In this document: positions 10,040 through 22,473 of the stretch, piece after piece
Position numbering within the stretch: the stretch's first letter is position 1
How the letters are laid out: each line of letters starts with the position of its first letter
Source of the DNA: Azolla caroliniana
Lineage: Eukaryota > Plantae > Polypodiophyta
Reading direction: 5' to 3'
DNA length: 64,000 bases
Assembly (NCBI GenBank): GCA_043228905.1
Contig: JBHGNT010000018.1
Span: forward strand, 17,484,001 to 17,548,000
Program-made: the position numbers and the translations under genes
Notes under the pieces: generated by a model
Databases searched by the model: none
What the model was told of the DNA's origin: nothing
The model's input: the letters and a program-made list of their open reading frames with translations, nothing else

Positions 10040-12644
10040 TCTCAAGCATTGATTGCTTCCACTCTCAAGCATAAAAAATGTGTACATGAGCCATGACACA
10101 CATAAAAACAAGCTTGCCTTCACCACTTGACTTACGCCTGCAGAGAACGTCTTCAGTCTAAATGCTAGTATTACCCCCTTCCTAAAACAAAGCATTGCCA
10201 AGGCACATGATGGCTTCCGTTGAGAAGAAAGCCACAATCACATTCCCATCAACGAAGCCCAAGAATGCACAGAAATCAAATCTATATAATGCTTTTGCTG
10301 ATATCAAATCGAATGCTGTAGGTAAATCGGGGTGATTTATCGTTCATTGGATAATGTAGGCGGGATGGTTTACACTTTGATGGTACAATGAATGGACAAA
10401 AACTCAGTTTTTGCGTTTATAAAGCTTTTTGTCAAGTGGCATGTGTATGATATGGTATGCACTATTTCAGGTGGTATGAGTATTGATCAACTCAATGTAA
10501 TAATATGCTTGTTTGTTAGCTACTTTAGTAATTAGGCTTCTAAACACACAATGCAAGGGAAACCCCAACAAAAACCCTAAATTCTTGGTCTGTCTTGTTT
10601 TCTCTCATTGAACCATTGATGTTTTTGTGAATCCTTTCTCTTTTCAGGTTCCTTTGCTGTACTCATCTTCTTACAACATCGCTTTCCTTGGCTTGGATCA
10701 AAATCTGTAAGTTAAAAATAAATTCTACTTTCCTCTCTCTAGTCTTTCTGTCTCGGTAAAAAGTTGGAGATAGTGTAGAGAGATTTGAAGAAAAGAAGTA
10801 AACAGGGAAAGAAAGAGAATGAGACGGCCACTTGTCCTAATTCTCATTTAATCATGTTTTTGTCAATGTTGGTGCCATGCTTCCATTGACATTTGGATCA
10901 TTCCCCCCCCCCCCTTTGAATCGTATTATGGAACTCCAATTTTTCTCCCATATCAAAAACTAGGGAAATTTTTGCGGGGAAATATCTCTTTTGGCTTGTT
11001 TCTTAGTGTCATGCCATTCTGTTTATGGATCTGATTTCTTGCGAGGAAACAGATGCCAGAAGGATAAGCATATTGTGGAACCTAATTACTGTTGCCACGG
11101 AAGATGATTTCCTTGAGGTACCATCTTATGTATCACCTCCACTATTTAGTGTCCCATAAATTAAGATGTTAGGAGGATCTCTATTAATCACTAACACAAT
11201 GATTGTATTCAATTCTATAGAATGCTCAAACCATTATAGCCATTCCACACTATATGATAAAGTGGCATGTCTCTACCGTTTTAGCATGGAGAGGCTCGTC
11301 GCTAAAGGAATTGGCAAGGTTCCTGAGGTTAAACAGCTCGACATGGACAAGGCAAAGCTAATGTATGTGCTACTTTTCTGATTAAAATGGGGATTTTTGA
11401 AGTTCCATCAAAGGCAAACATTATGTTACCTGGCATTTGTAGAACTAAGCATGAATGCTTGGATTATGGATATATTGGCGAATGATCGAAGGGAGAGAGT
11501 CTCTGTCATATCTGTGAGGACTTACAATGGTGACTTCACCACTGAGTGTGTGATCCAAGAAACCTATAATGATAATAATAGTAATAACTCCACAACTGGC
11601 AATCTGCGTTATATGATTTTTTCTTGTGGAGTACCGAAAACCCTAATAACTATAATTATAATCAGAGCAATGTGACCTTCTTCTTGTTGAAAGTGTTCTC
11701 TGATCTGCACTTGGTCATTCTAGGTAAGAAGAAGACAAAGCAATGAACGTATGATTCGAGTTGACTTGATATTGGCGTACATTGTAAAAAGGCATGATCC
11801 ACTAAATTCTTTAAACACATCGGAAGTACTCAGGAACCTGTTTTGCATAACTAGAAAAGAATGGCACAGAACAACATCTCCTCGGCTTTTGCATCAACAG
11901 CTTTACAAAGCCATTCAATCTTTGTAGCAGTGTCTCCAACCCTTGCACATGAGATAATGAAATGAATGAGAACAAGAGCAGCAAATTACAAGAACAAGAA
12001 TCCCCACCCTTCGAGGTGAAGAATGCATATGATCACCAGAAGTCGAGACAGTTGATTCGATGCGACTGTACCCCTCTGAGCTGAAAGTTAGGGTTTTCCG
12101 AGTTCAAATTGATTTAGATGCAACCAAAGAATAAAGGCATTAGAGCAATAACAGTTGTCCATGTAAAGGTGCCTAACCTCAGAAACCTTGCCTATTCCTT
12201 TAGCGACAAGACTGTCCATGCTAAGATACTAGGAACATGCCATTTTACCATATAACGTGGAAGGGATTCTATGGGATTCAATAGAATCATTGGTTTCATT
12301 TAGATAATTGGTTAATTACATCAAGATTTGGAGAGATCCACCTAACAGCTTATAAAGACACTAAACTGCAGGTTATAAGGTGATACTACAAGGAGATCAT
12401 TTTCCGTGGCAACATCAGGCTCATCAGAAACTCAGGGAAATGTGTCCTGGCATCCTTATATGTCTTCATTCTTCCTAGAACGCTCAGCAGATCTGAAGTG
12501 TGTCCTTTCTGCATAACATTTATGAAAAACGAGTGACTATGATTGTAAACGTCAATGTTAATACGTAACTCAAATGACTATCTTCTTTGTTGCATTTAAA
12601 ATTTGTCCTACTCAGAAAACCCTAACCTTCAAGCATTTGTACGC

Positions 12645-12680
<36 letters not shown>

Positions 12681-12750
12681 ATGGTGTAAATCACATGTCT
12701 ATATTTCGTTAAGGATTTAGAAGGAGGTTATTGACCATCTCTGCTGGTAA
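10040..12750 (+). other. Conserved non-coding scaffold, copy 2, upstream of Dof-like gene 1
   Basis: Homologous to 900-2100 and to the reverse complement of 58860-60900. Contains an exon-like block tttcag|gttcc...aatct|gtaagt at ~10648-10706. Confidence 0.6.
11091..12413. repeat. Imperfect inverted repeat, arms 11091-11331 and 12174-12413, ~840-nt spacer
   Basis: gttgccacggaagatgatttccttg...gtcgctaaaggaattggcaaggttcctgaggtta pairs with taacctcagaaaccttgcctattcctttagcgac...caaggagatcattttccgtggcaac. Confidence 0.85.
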
Positions 12751-13476
12751 TACTTGGGTACATTCTGTTTGTCCTCCTGTTTGGTTTAGGTTGTGAGATC
12801 ATGTCTTTACCGTATGTCTATTGAATATGTCTATTGCGTGAAACCCCTTTAATAATTGATGGAAAAGAGTGACCTGACTGTTTGAATGATTAGTGAAATA
12901 GAACAATATTAGAATCTACATTAAGCGATTATTAATTGATTAAATGTGACAAGTTCTGGTATTTGTATACATCCTGCATGGATGAATGAGATGTAAGAAA
13001 ACGAGAAAGAGAATGTTCTACTAAAAAAAAGAGAAAAAAAATGGAAAATAAGAAAACGAGTGCATCCCAGCCGTTGATAAAACAAAACATTTCTAGAAAA
13101 ATAAAAGGACGGCATCCAGCCCATCGGAGCCGTGCGCCGTCGGATGGACGTCAGGATCCGACAACCCACGATTGCGTACACAAAACGCGAAACTGTCTTC
13201 TGCCCTTTTTCCGACAGAAGAACAGTAGAGACAAAGCATTTCGAACACAGACAGAAAGAGAAAGAAGAGAGCCTTTGAACACCATCGCCACCCATTCATC
13301 GAGACGGCCTGAACAGCAGTTGCCTTGCAGAGTAAGGAGGAACCCACATTCTTAATATATGGAAATGACAAAATTACCTGCAGAATCGTATCAGACTTGT
13401 CAATCGTATACTAGTTAGTAGGGTAGGACATTACCTGCAGAATCGTATCTGATCAATTGTCGATCGTTCTAATAGG

Positions 13477-15659
13477 ATGGCTCCTGCTGGCGTAGACAGA
13501 GATACCCAAATCATTCCTAATGATGAATTCGCAGGATTACTATTACATGAGACGGAAGTGGAAGACTTCCAACAGTTGGTGCTTCAATTGCTCCACCAAA
13601 CAGAAGATGATGAATCAATCAGGGTTGACTCCTTGGAACTTCCCGTCACATCAACGTCCCACGACAATGTGGACATATATGCAGATGAGCTGGAGCAATT
13701 CCTGCTCCTGCACCAGGAAAATCAAGAGATACCTGAAGCTCTGACATCCGCAGGTCCATTAGGAGCTTCCAATATCAATAAATGTGTGCGAATAAAAATA
13801 GTAAACATGTTTCTGAAATGTTTATGCACGATACAGCTGCAGCGGGTTCCACAGAATCTCCCGTCACATCTGTCTGCATAATTGAAGACAGTCGTGAAGA
13901 TCCACCAGCTCTGAGATCAGCAGGTGAATTAGGAAACTCCTGCTTTCCCATTCTGTTAATATATGCAGAGACCCAATACCTAAATCATTTTCTAACTTAT
14001 ATCATGACGTTGCAGCTGGGCAAATCAATATGGGCAAATGACTAAATCATTTTCTAACTTGTATATAGATTATGAAGCTGGAGCTGGTTCTACAGGGCCT
14101 CCTATCACATCAATTTCAGATATGTATGCAGGGGATCTGGAGGAGCAATTATTACGCCTTCTTGAGGAAGACCAAGAAATAATCGAAGGGATTCCTGAAT
14201 ATCCTTCCCCAGCGACATCAGCAGGTGAATTAATAGCTTCTGCTCATAACTGCAATGTCAATATAATGCATCGATAAATTGAGTACATAACTTTCTAACT
14301 TATATTAGATCGTAAAGCTGCAGCTGGTTCTATAGAGGCTCCCATCAGACCATTTGCTGACAATTATGTAGAGGAGGTAGGGCTTAATGAAGATCATGAA
14401 AGAATTGAATGGAATTTTGAATATCCTCCAGCTCAGACATCAGAAGGTGAATTTGTAGTTTCTGGGCATAAGTACAATCTCAGTCAATATGGGCAAATGA
14501 CTAAATAATCTTCTAACTATTATATAGATCATGATGCTGCAGTTGGTTCTACAGAGCCACCCATCACATCATTTTCGGATATATATGCAGAGGATCTGGA
14601 GCAGCAATTACTGCTCCTACTTGATGAAGACCATGAAATAATGGAAAGGGGTCCGGAATATCCTCAGGCAGTAGCGACATCAGCAGGTGAATTAGTAGCT
14701 TCTGCTCATAACTACAATGTGAATAGGGAGTGCATTGGTAAATTGACTCCATAACCTTCTAACTTATAATAGATCGTAACGCTGCAGTTGGTTCTACAAA
14801 AGCTCCCATGAATAATGCTCAAGATGATTTTCTACTTGAAGAGCTGCAGCAGCAGACAAATGGCACAACCATGATTGAGGTGATGAAGGCAGAGTTGGCT
14901 GCGATCCTGCTAAATGCCGAAGGCGGGTTGAAGAAGAGGCTGAGCGCACCAATGACGACTACCCAATTCAAGGTGTTGGACGCCTTTTTCAAGATTGGTC
15001 TGCCTACATTACCATTATGCCCTCATTGCAAGACGAATGTCCACGTAGAATTCCGATATTTTAACAACCGAACGAAGACTCGGTTGGTTCAGCCTCGCTT
15101 CGGCTGCAAGGTGTGCTTTGCACCACCCCATTCTCCGGAGAAAGAATGGAACCAGCAAAAGCAGGAGGAGAATGTGAATAATAGGAAGAAGCTCGAGTTT
15201 ACTCTTCACCAAGAGGAATTGGAAGTGCTGGTTGGTGCCTGGGGAGGGCTTCACGCGCTGGTGCAACGTTTCTGGTCGATGCCACATGTCATCGAAGTTC
15301 TGGAGGCCAACAAATTTATTCTGTGTAGCAGCCGCCGCCGCAAGTCTGAGAGTCCAACCAATTCATCGCCAAAGAGGAAGAGGAGATCGTGGGAGTCGAA
15401 GCAGGTCAATGATGGTGGTAGTACTGCTGAGAACATGATTGATCATCAGATGCCTCCTATTAGAGATCATCATGATGAGGATATGTTGTGGATGGAATCT
15501 TTTAATTCCATCATCGCAGCAGAGAGGCTAGGTAGTAGTTCTGCTGCCTATAGCCCTAGAAATACTAATCCTAACAATAATGATAGTGATTGGTATCATG
15601 ATTACTATATGAGTTGCAGCAACCTGAACAATAACAACATTGCTGCTTTCACTTGGTAA
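13477..15659 (+). CDS. Divergent Dof-like zinc-finger protein with acidic exon-repeat N-terminus, paralogue 1 (~567 aa, 6 exons)
   Basis: Predicted exons 13477-13753, 13837-13923, 14069-14224, 14309-14446, 14528-14686 and 14773-15659 have GT-AG introns, all phase 1, and join into a 1704-nt open frame. Motif CPHC-x25-CKVC with F.YFNN and QPR; basic PKRKRR. Alternative in-frame acceptors are possible. Confidence 0.82.
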
Positions 15660-17404
15660 CTATCTTCTCAACTACATTAATATAATTACCAAGTTTGCTC
15701 ACAAAGGGGTTGATCTGCTGATGATGTTTGATATCGTTAAATGTTTGATGTTATATATAGATAAAGGTTTGACCTGCTTACTTTTACAATGATCAGTCAT
15801 TAATTCTTTTCTTATATTTATTTTACGGCTACTTGATTGCAGTACATATATACATGATATGATGTGTTCCTTGCAATTCTTTGTTTCTTAATCGCATCCA
15901 TTACTTCTGTTAAACTCTTCTTTTCATAACTGATTATCAACTGCATCTTCTTCTTCCAGAAATACGGGTTAGGTTTTTGTTAATTCATTAAAGAAGGCAT
16001 TTCAGCTAAATATATATGTATAACACATTCTATTTGCTCTTGCTCCTGGAAATCTTCAGTTCAGTATAACCCCCCCACAGGTCAAACGACAGACTGAAAT
16101 GTACAATAATTTTAAACTTTGAAATTTTCAATGCTTGCAGGAGGATGCAAGGTGTGGTAATGTCTTTACTGTTGATATACAATATGGTAGCCATGGAATT
16201 ATACAATTACCCTGTATTGTTAAAGATACAATATGGTAACCTTGCAGTCATAGCATCTGGTGACTCTGGAATATGGAACCACCTCATAACATCTAGCCGT
16301 GATTGTTTCACATCCAATATGTCTGTTCAAGCTGCAAATACCATACCGCGTATAGTATCCAATATGCTCTGTGTTGTATCTTGAACTTCGCAACCACCAT
16401 CATATAATTGAGGGAGAGTGGCTGAGCAAATCCATGAGTCCTGCAGAGATCATGGATGGGGTTGCTGGCCGTGTCAACCATGCCATCTCTACACTTGAAA
16501 TGCTGATGTTGATTCTTATTATTTCAACATCTGGACCAAGCCAGGTGGTGCCCATACAGTATGTGGCTCAAAAGTCTGCCTGATATCATTTCCTTTGCAA
16601 TGCAGACAGAGCTCACAAGAATAGGTCTGTCATAGAAAGAAGAGAAGTGGAGCCACATGAGGAGAAGAAGTAGTAACAGCAGAAGTAGGGGAAAGAAAGA
16701 AAAAGTATGCAGGAAAGAAAGAAGAAGTATGCAAGATTTGGACTGATGATGATGATGATGATGATGGTATGAAATCTGCAGCTGTTTTGATCTGGGGCAG
16801 CTCCAACAAGAACCATAGAATCCTTCCTTGCTGTTGTGACCTGTGTAGCAACTCCAGCTGAGAATAATTAATTCTAACTGTAAATAAATTAGTTATATGG
16901 GCAGCAAGAAGGAGGTGCTGATTGCAGCAAGAAGCAATGTATATGATTTTGGAAATCGTAATTTTTAGATTTTCCCTAAGATGGTCTTGTTTTGCTGAAG
17001 CCCAAATATCATGGAAGGATATGTATACATATTTGCATGACTCCCTAGAATAAAGTAGGACATTTGGCCTTAGGATTGATGCAACCAGGGACGTGTTCTC
17101 AGAAGATATAGCTCCAACAATCATTTGTGATCACGTCCATTATGACCGCAAGACATGTAGAATTTGCATTTTATCTTATTTGCGTGAATAAATTACAATC
17201 TCATAATCATGTTTATCAATAAGGTCATTTGGGTGTGATTTTGAAGAGTGATTTCAACGCAATGGATTAAAGATATCGGAGACTTGAATTGAGTGGAAAC
17301 AAAATCAACATCATGTGGGAAGCATTTAAGGTTTACCATAACGTATATTGTGTGGTTAGTGCATATATGGAGCCAACATCTACCATTGATGGATGTTGAC
17401 ATAT

Positions 17405-18015
17405 TGACCCTTTGAGCCCTTATTGAGGAGGGCAAAGCCCATAGTAAGGGGATTTATTGTTGATTTGTGGATTTCTAAAAAAACCTTGACAATGAGACAT
17501 GCTCGCAGCTCATGCAACAATTAGATGCCCTCAACATCCTTATAAATATGCAATGGGGAATCTATCATTGCATGACTATGGTATCAGAAACAGAGCGGTC
17601 TCATGGTGGTCAGATGATGTGGGTAGCACAATTGAAGTAAAACAAGGATACCGTTTGTTACCTACTCTCTTTGGTCTTTATATAGATGAGGTGTCACATT
17701 ACATAGAGAGATTGAACAATCCAAGAGCATGGCTAGCATATATATCCATACAAATATTACTATATGTTGATGATATTGTGTCGATGGATAGATTGATAGC
17801 ATGTATATCCATATAAATATCTGTTGGGGATATTATGTTGTTGACACCCCCGAAAAGACTACAAAGGTATCGAAATGCCTTAAAAGTATTTTGTATGGAT
17901 AAAGATATCTAAATAAAACTAAAGTGATGGTATTTAATGCAACACGAGCATGAGGAACAAGATCAACCCCATAATTCTTCGTGGGTGAGGAAAAGGTAGC
18001 ATACGCACAATCCTC
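17405..18015 (+). mobile_element. LINE reverse transcriptase remnant
   Basis: VKQGYRLLPTLFGLYIDEV...ILLYVDDIV, with frameshifts; homologous to the reverse complement of 32180-32760. Confidence 0.85.
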
Positions 18016-18029
18016 CAAGCACCAAAGAA

Positions 18030-20800
18030 TCCTTCTTGGAAGAGGAAAAGGTGGATCTCCGGACCTGAGTTCTAACGATGAGGTCAGCGAGGCTAAAATG
18101 CCTCCGGATGACAATGAAATCAAGACCCTCGACGAGAGTCCGATTTCATTTAGGCTAAGTGGACCGAACGAGCGACTGGGTTGGTTTGACCAGTCCAAAG
18201 AAGAGTCGGCGAGTAGTGGAGACTCAGCCGTGCATTCCCTGCGCAGGAAGCCAAGGAGACGGTTTACGCGAAAGGAAAAAGGGAAGAAGAAGATGCTGGA
18301 GTACGGCACGGATAAGGGCAAGTCGGATCGACACAAATCCGACTACGAGAAGAGAGATGACGGACCTTCGAGAGCGAAGTCCACGTCAGCCAAGAAAGCC
18401 TCAACATCGGCTAATGAGCAATTACGTCGATCTACCCGCCAGAAGAACCTTGTTGTGCGGTTCGAATACAACGAGTACATGGCGCATCACTATGCATACA
18501 TGACACATGTAGCGGAAGTGGGTGAGCCGGAGAGCTACGCAGAAGCGGCGAAGGACACAAATTGGCATGCCGCAATGGAGGAAGAGATGCGCGCATTGGC
18601 GAAGAATGAAACCTAGGACCTAGTAGACGCACCGAAGGGTGTGAAGCCGATCGGATGTAGGTGGGTGTACAAGGTCAAGTACAACACTAACGGCTCGATC
18701 AACTGATACAAGGCCCGGTTAGTAGCGAAAGGCTATGCGCAGCAATACGGCATCAACTACGATGAGATGTTTGCGCCAGTCGCAAAGATGACGACCGTCC
18801 GTGTTTTGCTTGAGGTAGCTACGGCGAAGGGGTGGCACTTACATCAGATGGATGTCAAGAATGCGTTCCTGTAAGGCGAGCTTGAGGAACAGGTGTACAT
18901 GGTACAACCCCCCGGATTTCACTTCGAAATGAACACCTTGGCGGTCTACCGGTTGAAGAAGAACCTTTACGAACTAAAGCAAGCCCCACGTGCTTGGAAC
19001 AGGAAAATCACTCAGCGATTGCGTCGGATGGGATTTGCAACGTCCAAATCGAACTCTTCCCTGTTCATTCGGCAAGGTTGACTCGGGCCGGTTAGTATTT
19101 TACTTTATGTTGATGACTTGGTCATCACCGGCGCCGACCTAGGTGAAATTGACCGTGTAAAGCTCCAGCTTGCGGCATCGCTGGACATGAAGGACCTGGG
19201 GGACCTTCACTACTTCCTCGGGATCGAAGTGATCCGTACCCCCAAAGGCATATTGATCAACCAACGACATTACGTGTTGGGTATGCTCTTCAAGTTTGGG
19301 ATGGCAGATTGTAAGTCAGTCTCGACTCCTCTAGATAGAACCGTCAAGCTTCGCCCCGACTTTGGAAAGGTTTGCGACCCAACGAGGTTCCTACAGATTG
19401 TCGGAAGCCTCATCTACTTGACTATCACTCGACCAGACCTCAGTTAGTCGGTCGGTGTGATTAGTCAGTTCATGGTGCGGAAAACTGAGGAGCCCCTACA
19501 GTGCGCACAACGCATACTCTGGTACGTCAGTGGCACAAAGGACGAGGGCCTACTATATCGGACCGATATTGCCGCGCAGTTAGTCAGTTACACCGATGTT
19601 GATTGGGCCGGAAACGCCGGCGATTGGCGATCCACATCCGGATTCGCGTTCTCTCTTGGGAGTGCTGCGATCGCGTGGAGTAGCAAGAAGCAGCCGACAG
19701 TTGCATTGTTGAGCACCAAAGCCGAGTATAGAGGAGCCGTTGTCGCAACATGCGAAGCCATCTGGCTGAAACGGCTACTTAAGGATTTGCGGATGGAGGT
19801 GTCCGATCCGACGACGATCTATTGCGACAACCTCAGCAACATCCAATTAGCGAAGAACCCTATCTTCCACGCCCAGACTAAGCACATTGAGGTGCACTAC
19901 CACTTTGTCCACGAGCGTGGCCTCTCTGGTGAAGTCGAACTTCAGTATGTTCCAATGGCTTGGCAGACTGCCGACATTTTCACCAAGCCTCTTGGTCTTG
20001 ACAAGTTGTGGCAATTCTCAGGTGCATTTGGGTTGTGACACCTTGATGTGCTGAACTTGAGGGGGAGAGAAGTCCCGGAAGACCACATAAGGGAGCAGGA
20101 AAGGAGCAGAAGAGACCATGACGCCGAGTCGGATGACGAATTCGATTTCGGGTCGGTTGAAGAAGCCGAGGGCGGATCCACGAAAGAGTTCAAAAGCGGA
20201 CGTGAGGGCAGCAGTCGAATGAAAGAGCCGAAGCCAACCAAGCATGGGGGAGATGAAGCTAACTCGAATGAGAGCGAAGACCGATCAGAGGAAGCCGATT
20301 CGGTTCGGAGACGCCGAATCAACCGAGGGCCAAGCGTAAGAAAGGGCAACCGAAGAGGCGCCAACACCGCGACAACAAGGGAGCTGAGAAGTGCTTGAGG
20401 GGGAGTGTTGCAATACAAGCTCAACATTGGCCGGATCGGCTGTGCAAGCTAAGAACCGGATCGGTTGGGACCGATCAGTTAGGCCAAACCGGGTGCACAA
20501 ACTGGTGCGCAACAAGAAGTCGGAGCGATGCGTAAACCGCGAGGCCGTTGGAAAGATATTACGCGTAGGAATATATTTTGGAAGTTAGTGTGAAGCTCAT
20601 TTATGAGCATTGAAGTACGCGTCAATACTTCTGTTAGTCCATATGGACTTGTATAAAAGTGCTCATTGAGCACATTCTATGTACAAACTGAGTATTATTT
20701 TTTGAACAAATTGTGTGTGTGTGTCCAAGCTCTCCATTAAACCTGTGTTTTCCTACGTTCTGCTTCTGTTGCTTCCGCATGTTGTTCTTTTCACAAAATT
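18030..20800 (+). mobile_element. 5'-truncated Ty1/copia element (RT-RNaseH, PPT, start of 3' LTR)
   Basis: EPESYAEA, AMEEEM, LKQAPRAW, YVDDL, MKDLG, YTDVDWAG...RSTSG, KHIEVHYHFV, QTADIFTKPL, with in-frame stops. PPT gagggggag at 20397-20405, then TGTTG at 20406. The right boundary is approximate. Confidence 0.93.
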
Positions 20801-21070
20801 AAACAAGGGAAAGACAACTTAGTAGAGATCAAGATCGAGAATTGAACAATACACCGAGAGAGAGAGAGAGACTCAAAGAAGTAGACAATGTCACTGTATT
20901 ATTCCTAAAGTTACTACAAAATGACAACACTCACATCATCATCATGACTTGAGGAATGTGTTTCTTTTGTTTGATGGAATTGGAACATAGTATGTGTTTC
21001 CTTTGTTCCATTTGAATTGGTGTGTAGGGTGGGATTGAGTTTGTAGGGTGCCATTGGAGGCCAATTGTGA
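20800..21070 (-). repeat. Fragment of the LTR-like family also at 44100-44914, 1-345 and 63830-64000
   Basis: Reverse complement of ~44513-44820, including the (GA)n tract. Confidence 0.75.
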
Positions 21071-22156
21071 TATTTTGCTACTGTACATACATTAAGAATG
21101 TTGTATAATATTTAGCTCCTGAGAAGGGTTCTATACTTTAGTAAAGTTAGTTACGGAAAGGGGATGAGAGAAATATTGTTGTATTTCCTATTTTTCTGAA
21201 CAGAACTGACGAAGGAAATAGAATGTCAATTTGCTAACCTAGGCTTCTGAACATACAATGTAGGGCCATCACAATTATCCTCAATGCTTTGTTCCTGTTT
21301 TTATTATTATGAATTATGAACAATTTGTAAGTTGGAGTTTGCCATTGCATGCAACAATACAAAGGTGTTAGATTAGAACACAGAATGACCAACCATGAAT
21401 GGGTACTAATTCGTAACCATGCAGGAAAAATGTGGTATTTAACTCACACATTGGTAGACAATGGTGGAAGCCACAATAAATTTGCATTGGAGACATGACC
21501 ACGATTTTCCTGTGGTAAAAATACATTTCAAGCACAACATGCACAATAACTTCCAATGGCGTCGAGTCGTACCTAGTGCTGGCGCGCTCGCTACAAGAGT
21601 TGACCCACCACAAGACAGAGTCTCGACGTAGTGAACAAGATGATGAAATGAGGGTAGCTATGCCTCTTATTTATAGCGATACCCAAGGCCCCCAAGCAAG
21701 TTCACACTTGGCCTAATGGGTTGTCTCAATCCCGAGGATTAAAAGTAATCCTCCCCTTCTTTACGCTCTCGTTTAACCCTCACACTTATCCACATGTATA
21801 GAATGCATAGTCTAAGTGACATATTGTATCTAGGATGAAGATTTTAATGGAAGATTGGATCAATGCAACTGAATTGAATAAATTAATATGCTAACATGAT
21901 CCCATTCCTTCTTATTGATAGCCCAATGTGATCTACCATACGTGCATTCGCATTCGAGAATGATTCAATGAAACGTGTATGGTAAATCATTTCAAAGTTG
22001 GGAAAAAAATAAAGATTGGAATTTCAAAAAAATAACTATGGTCTATCTTATATATTGATTGAATAAAAAATTGAAAGTTCAAAACTTAGGAATTACTTAA
22101 CTACTAAACATTAGAAAGCACAAACATAAAAATCAAATAATTCAAAGACATAATTG

Positions 22157-22473
22157 TATTGATGATGAGCTCATCTTGCAATTATCGATTTTCTCATCTT
22201 GCAACTAGTGAAGGTATCAATTTCTTCACTTTAGAACTTTACAAAAAAATGAGTATGAACTATAGAGATTGAATAAAAAGATGTCATTATACATTATAAT
22301 CAAATGTTCAAAAACTCATAAAACGTATAAGAAAACATGAGGCTAACATAAAAATTTATTATGACATCACACTAAAGAGAGAGAGATAGGGAGAAAATTG
22401 GAATTCGAACCCAAGACATACATAAGTGATAGTAGCACAACAACTTACCACTAGGGTGAGCTCATCATCAATA
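22157..22473. mobile_element. MITE-like element bounded by perfect 17-bp inverted repeats (mirror copy ~62425-62741)
   Basis: tattgatgatgagctca ... tgagctcatcatcaata; the outer TA may be the TSD. Confidence 0.5.

Larger units (their letters stand above)
1..13247. repeat. Left arm of large recent inverted segmental duplication (partner 33441-44438)
   Basis: Reverse complement matches throughout. Mirrored ORF pairs include 6732-7145/39623-40036, 8426-8611/38157-38342 and 11397-11675/35045-35323. Window start tgtggcct matches aggccaca at 44431-44438. Confidence 0.97.

Noticed and set aside
13041-13355. 104-aa ORF (also 33429-33647 and 53537-53875) upstream of the Dof-like genes
   Set aside because: The reading frame shifts between paralogues, which fits promoter/5' UTR sequence rather than a protein.
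15015-15287. Antisense 90-aa ORF identical at 51011-51283
   Set aside because: Shadow of the Dof-like exon; the identity reflects the identical nucleotide tract, not a separate gene.
14808-15659. Single-exon 283-aa gene as given by the ORF track
   Set aside because: The frame continues upstream to a splice acceptor at 14772 and joins five upstream exons in phase; it is better read as the last exon.
22400-22460. tRNA gene
   Set aside because: A/B-box-like words are present but I could not build a cloverleaf.
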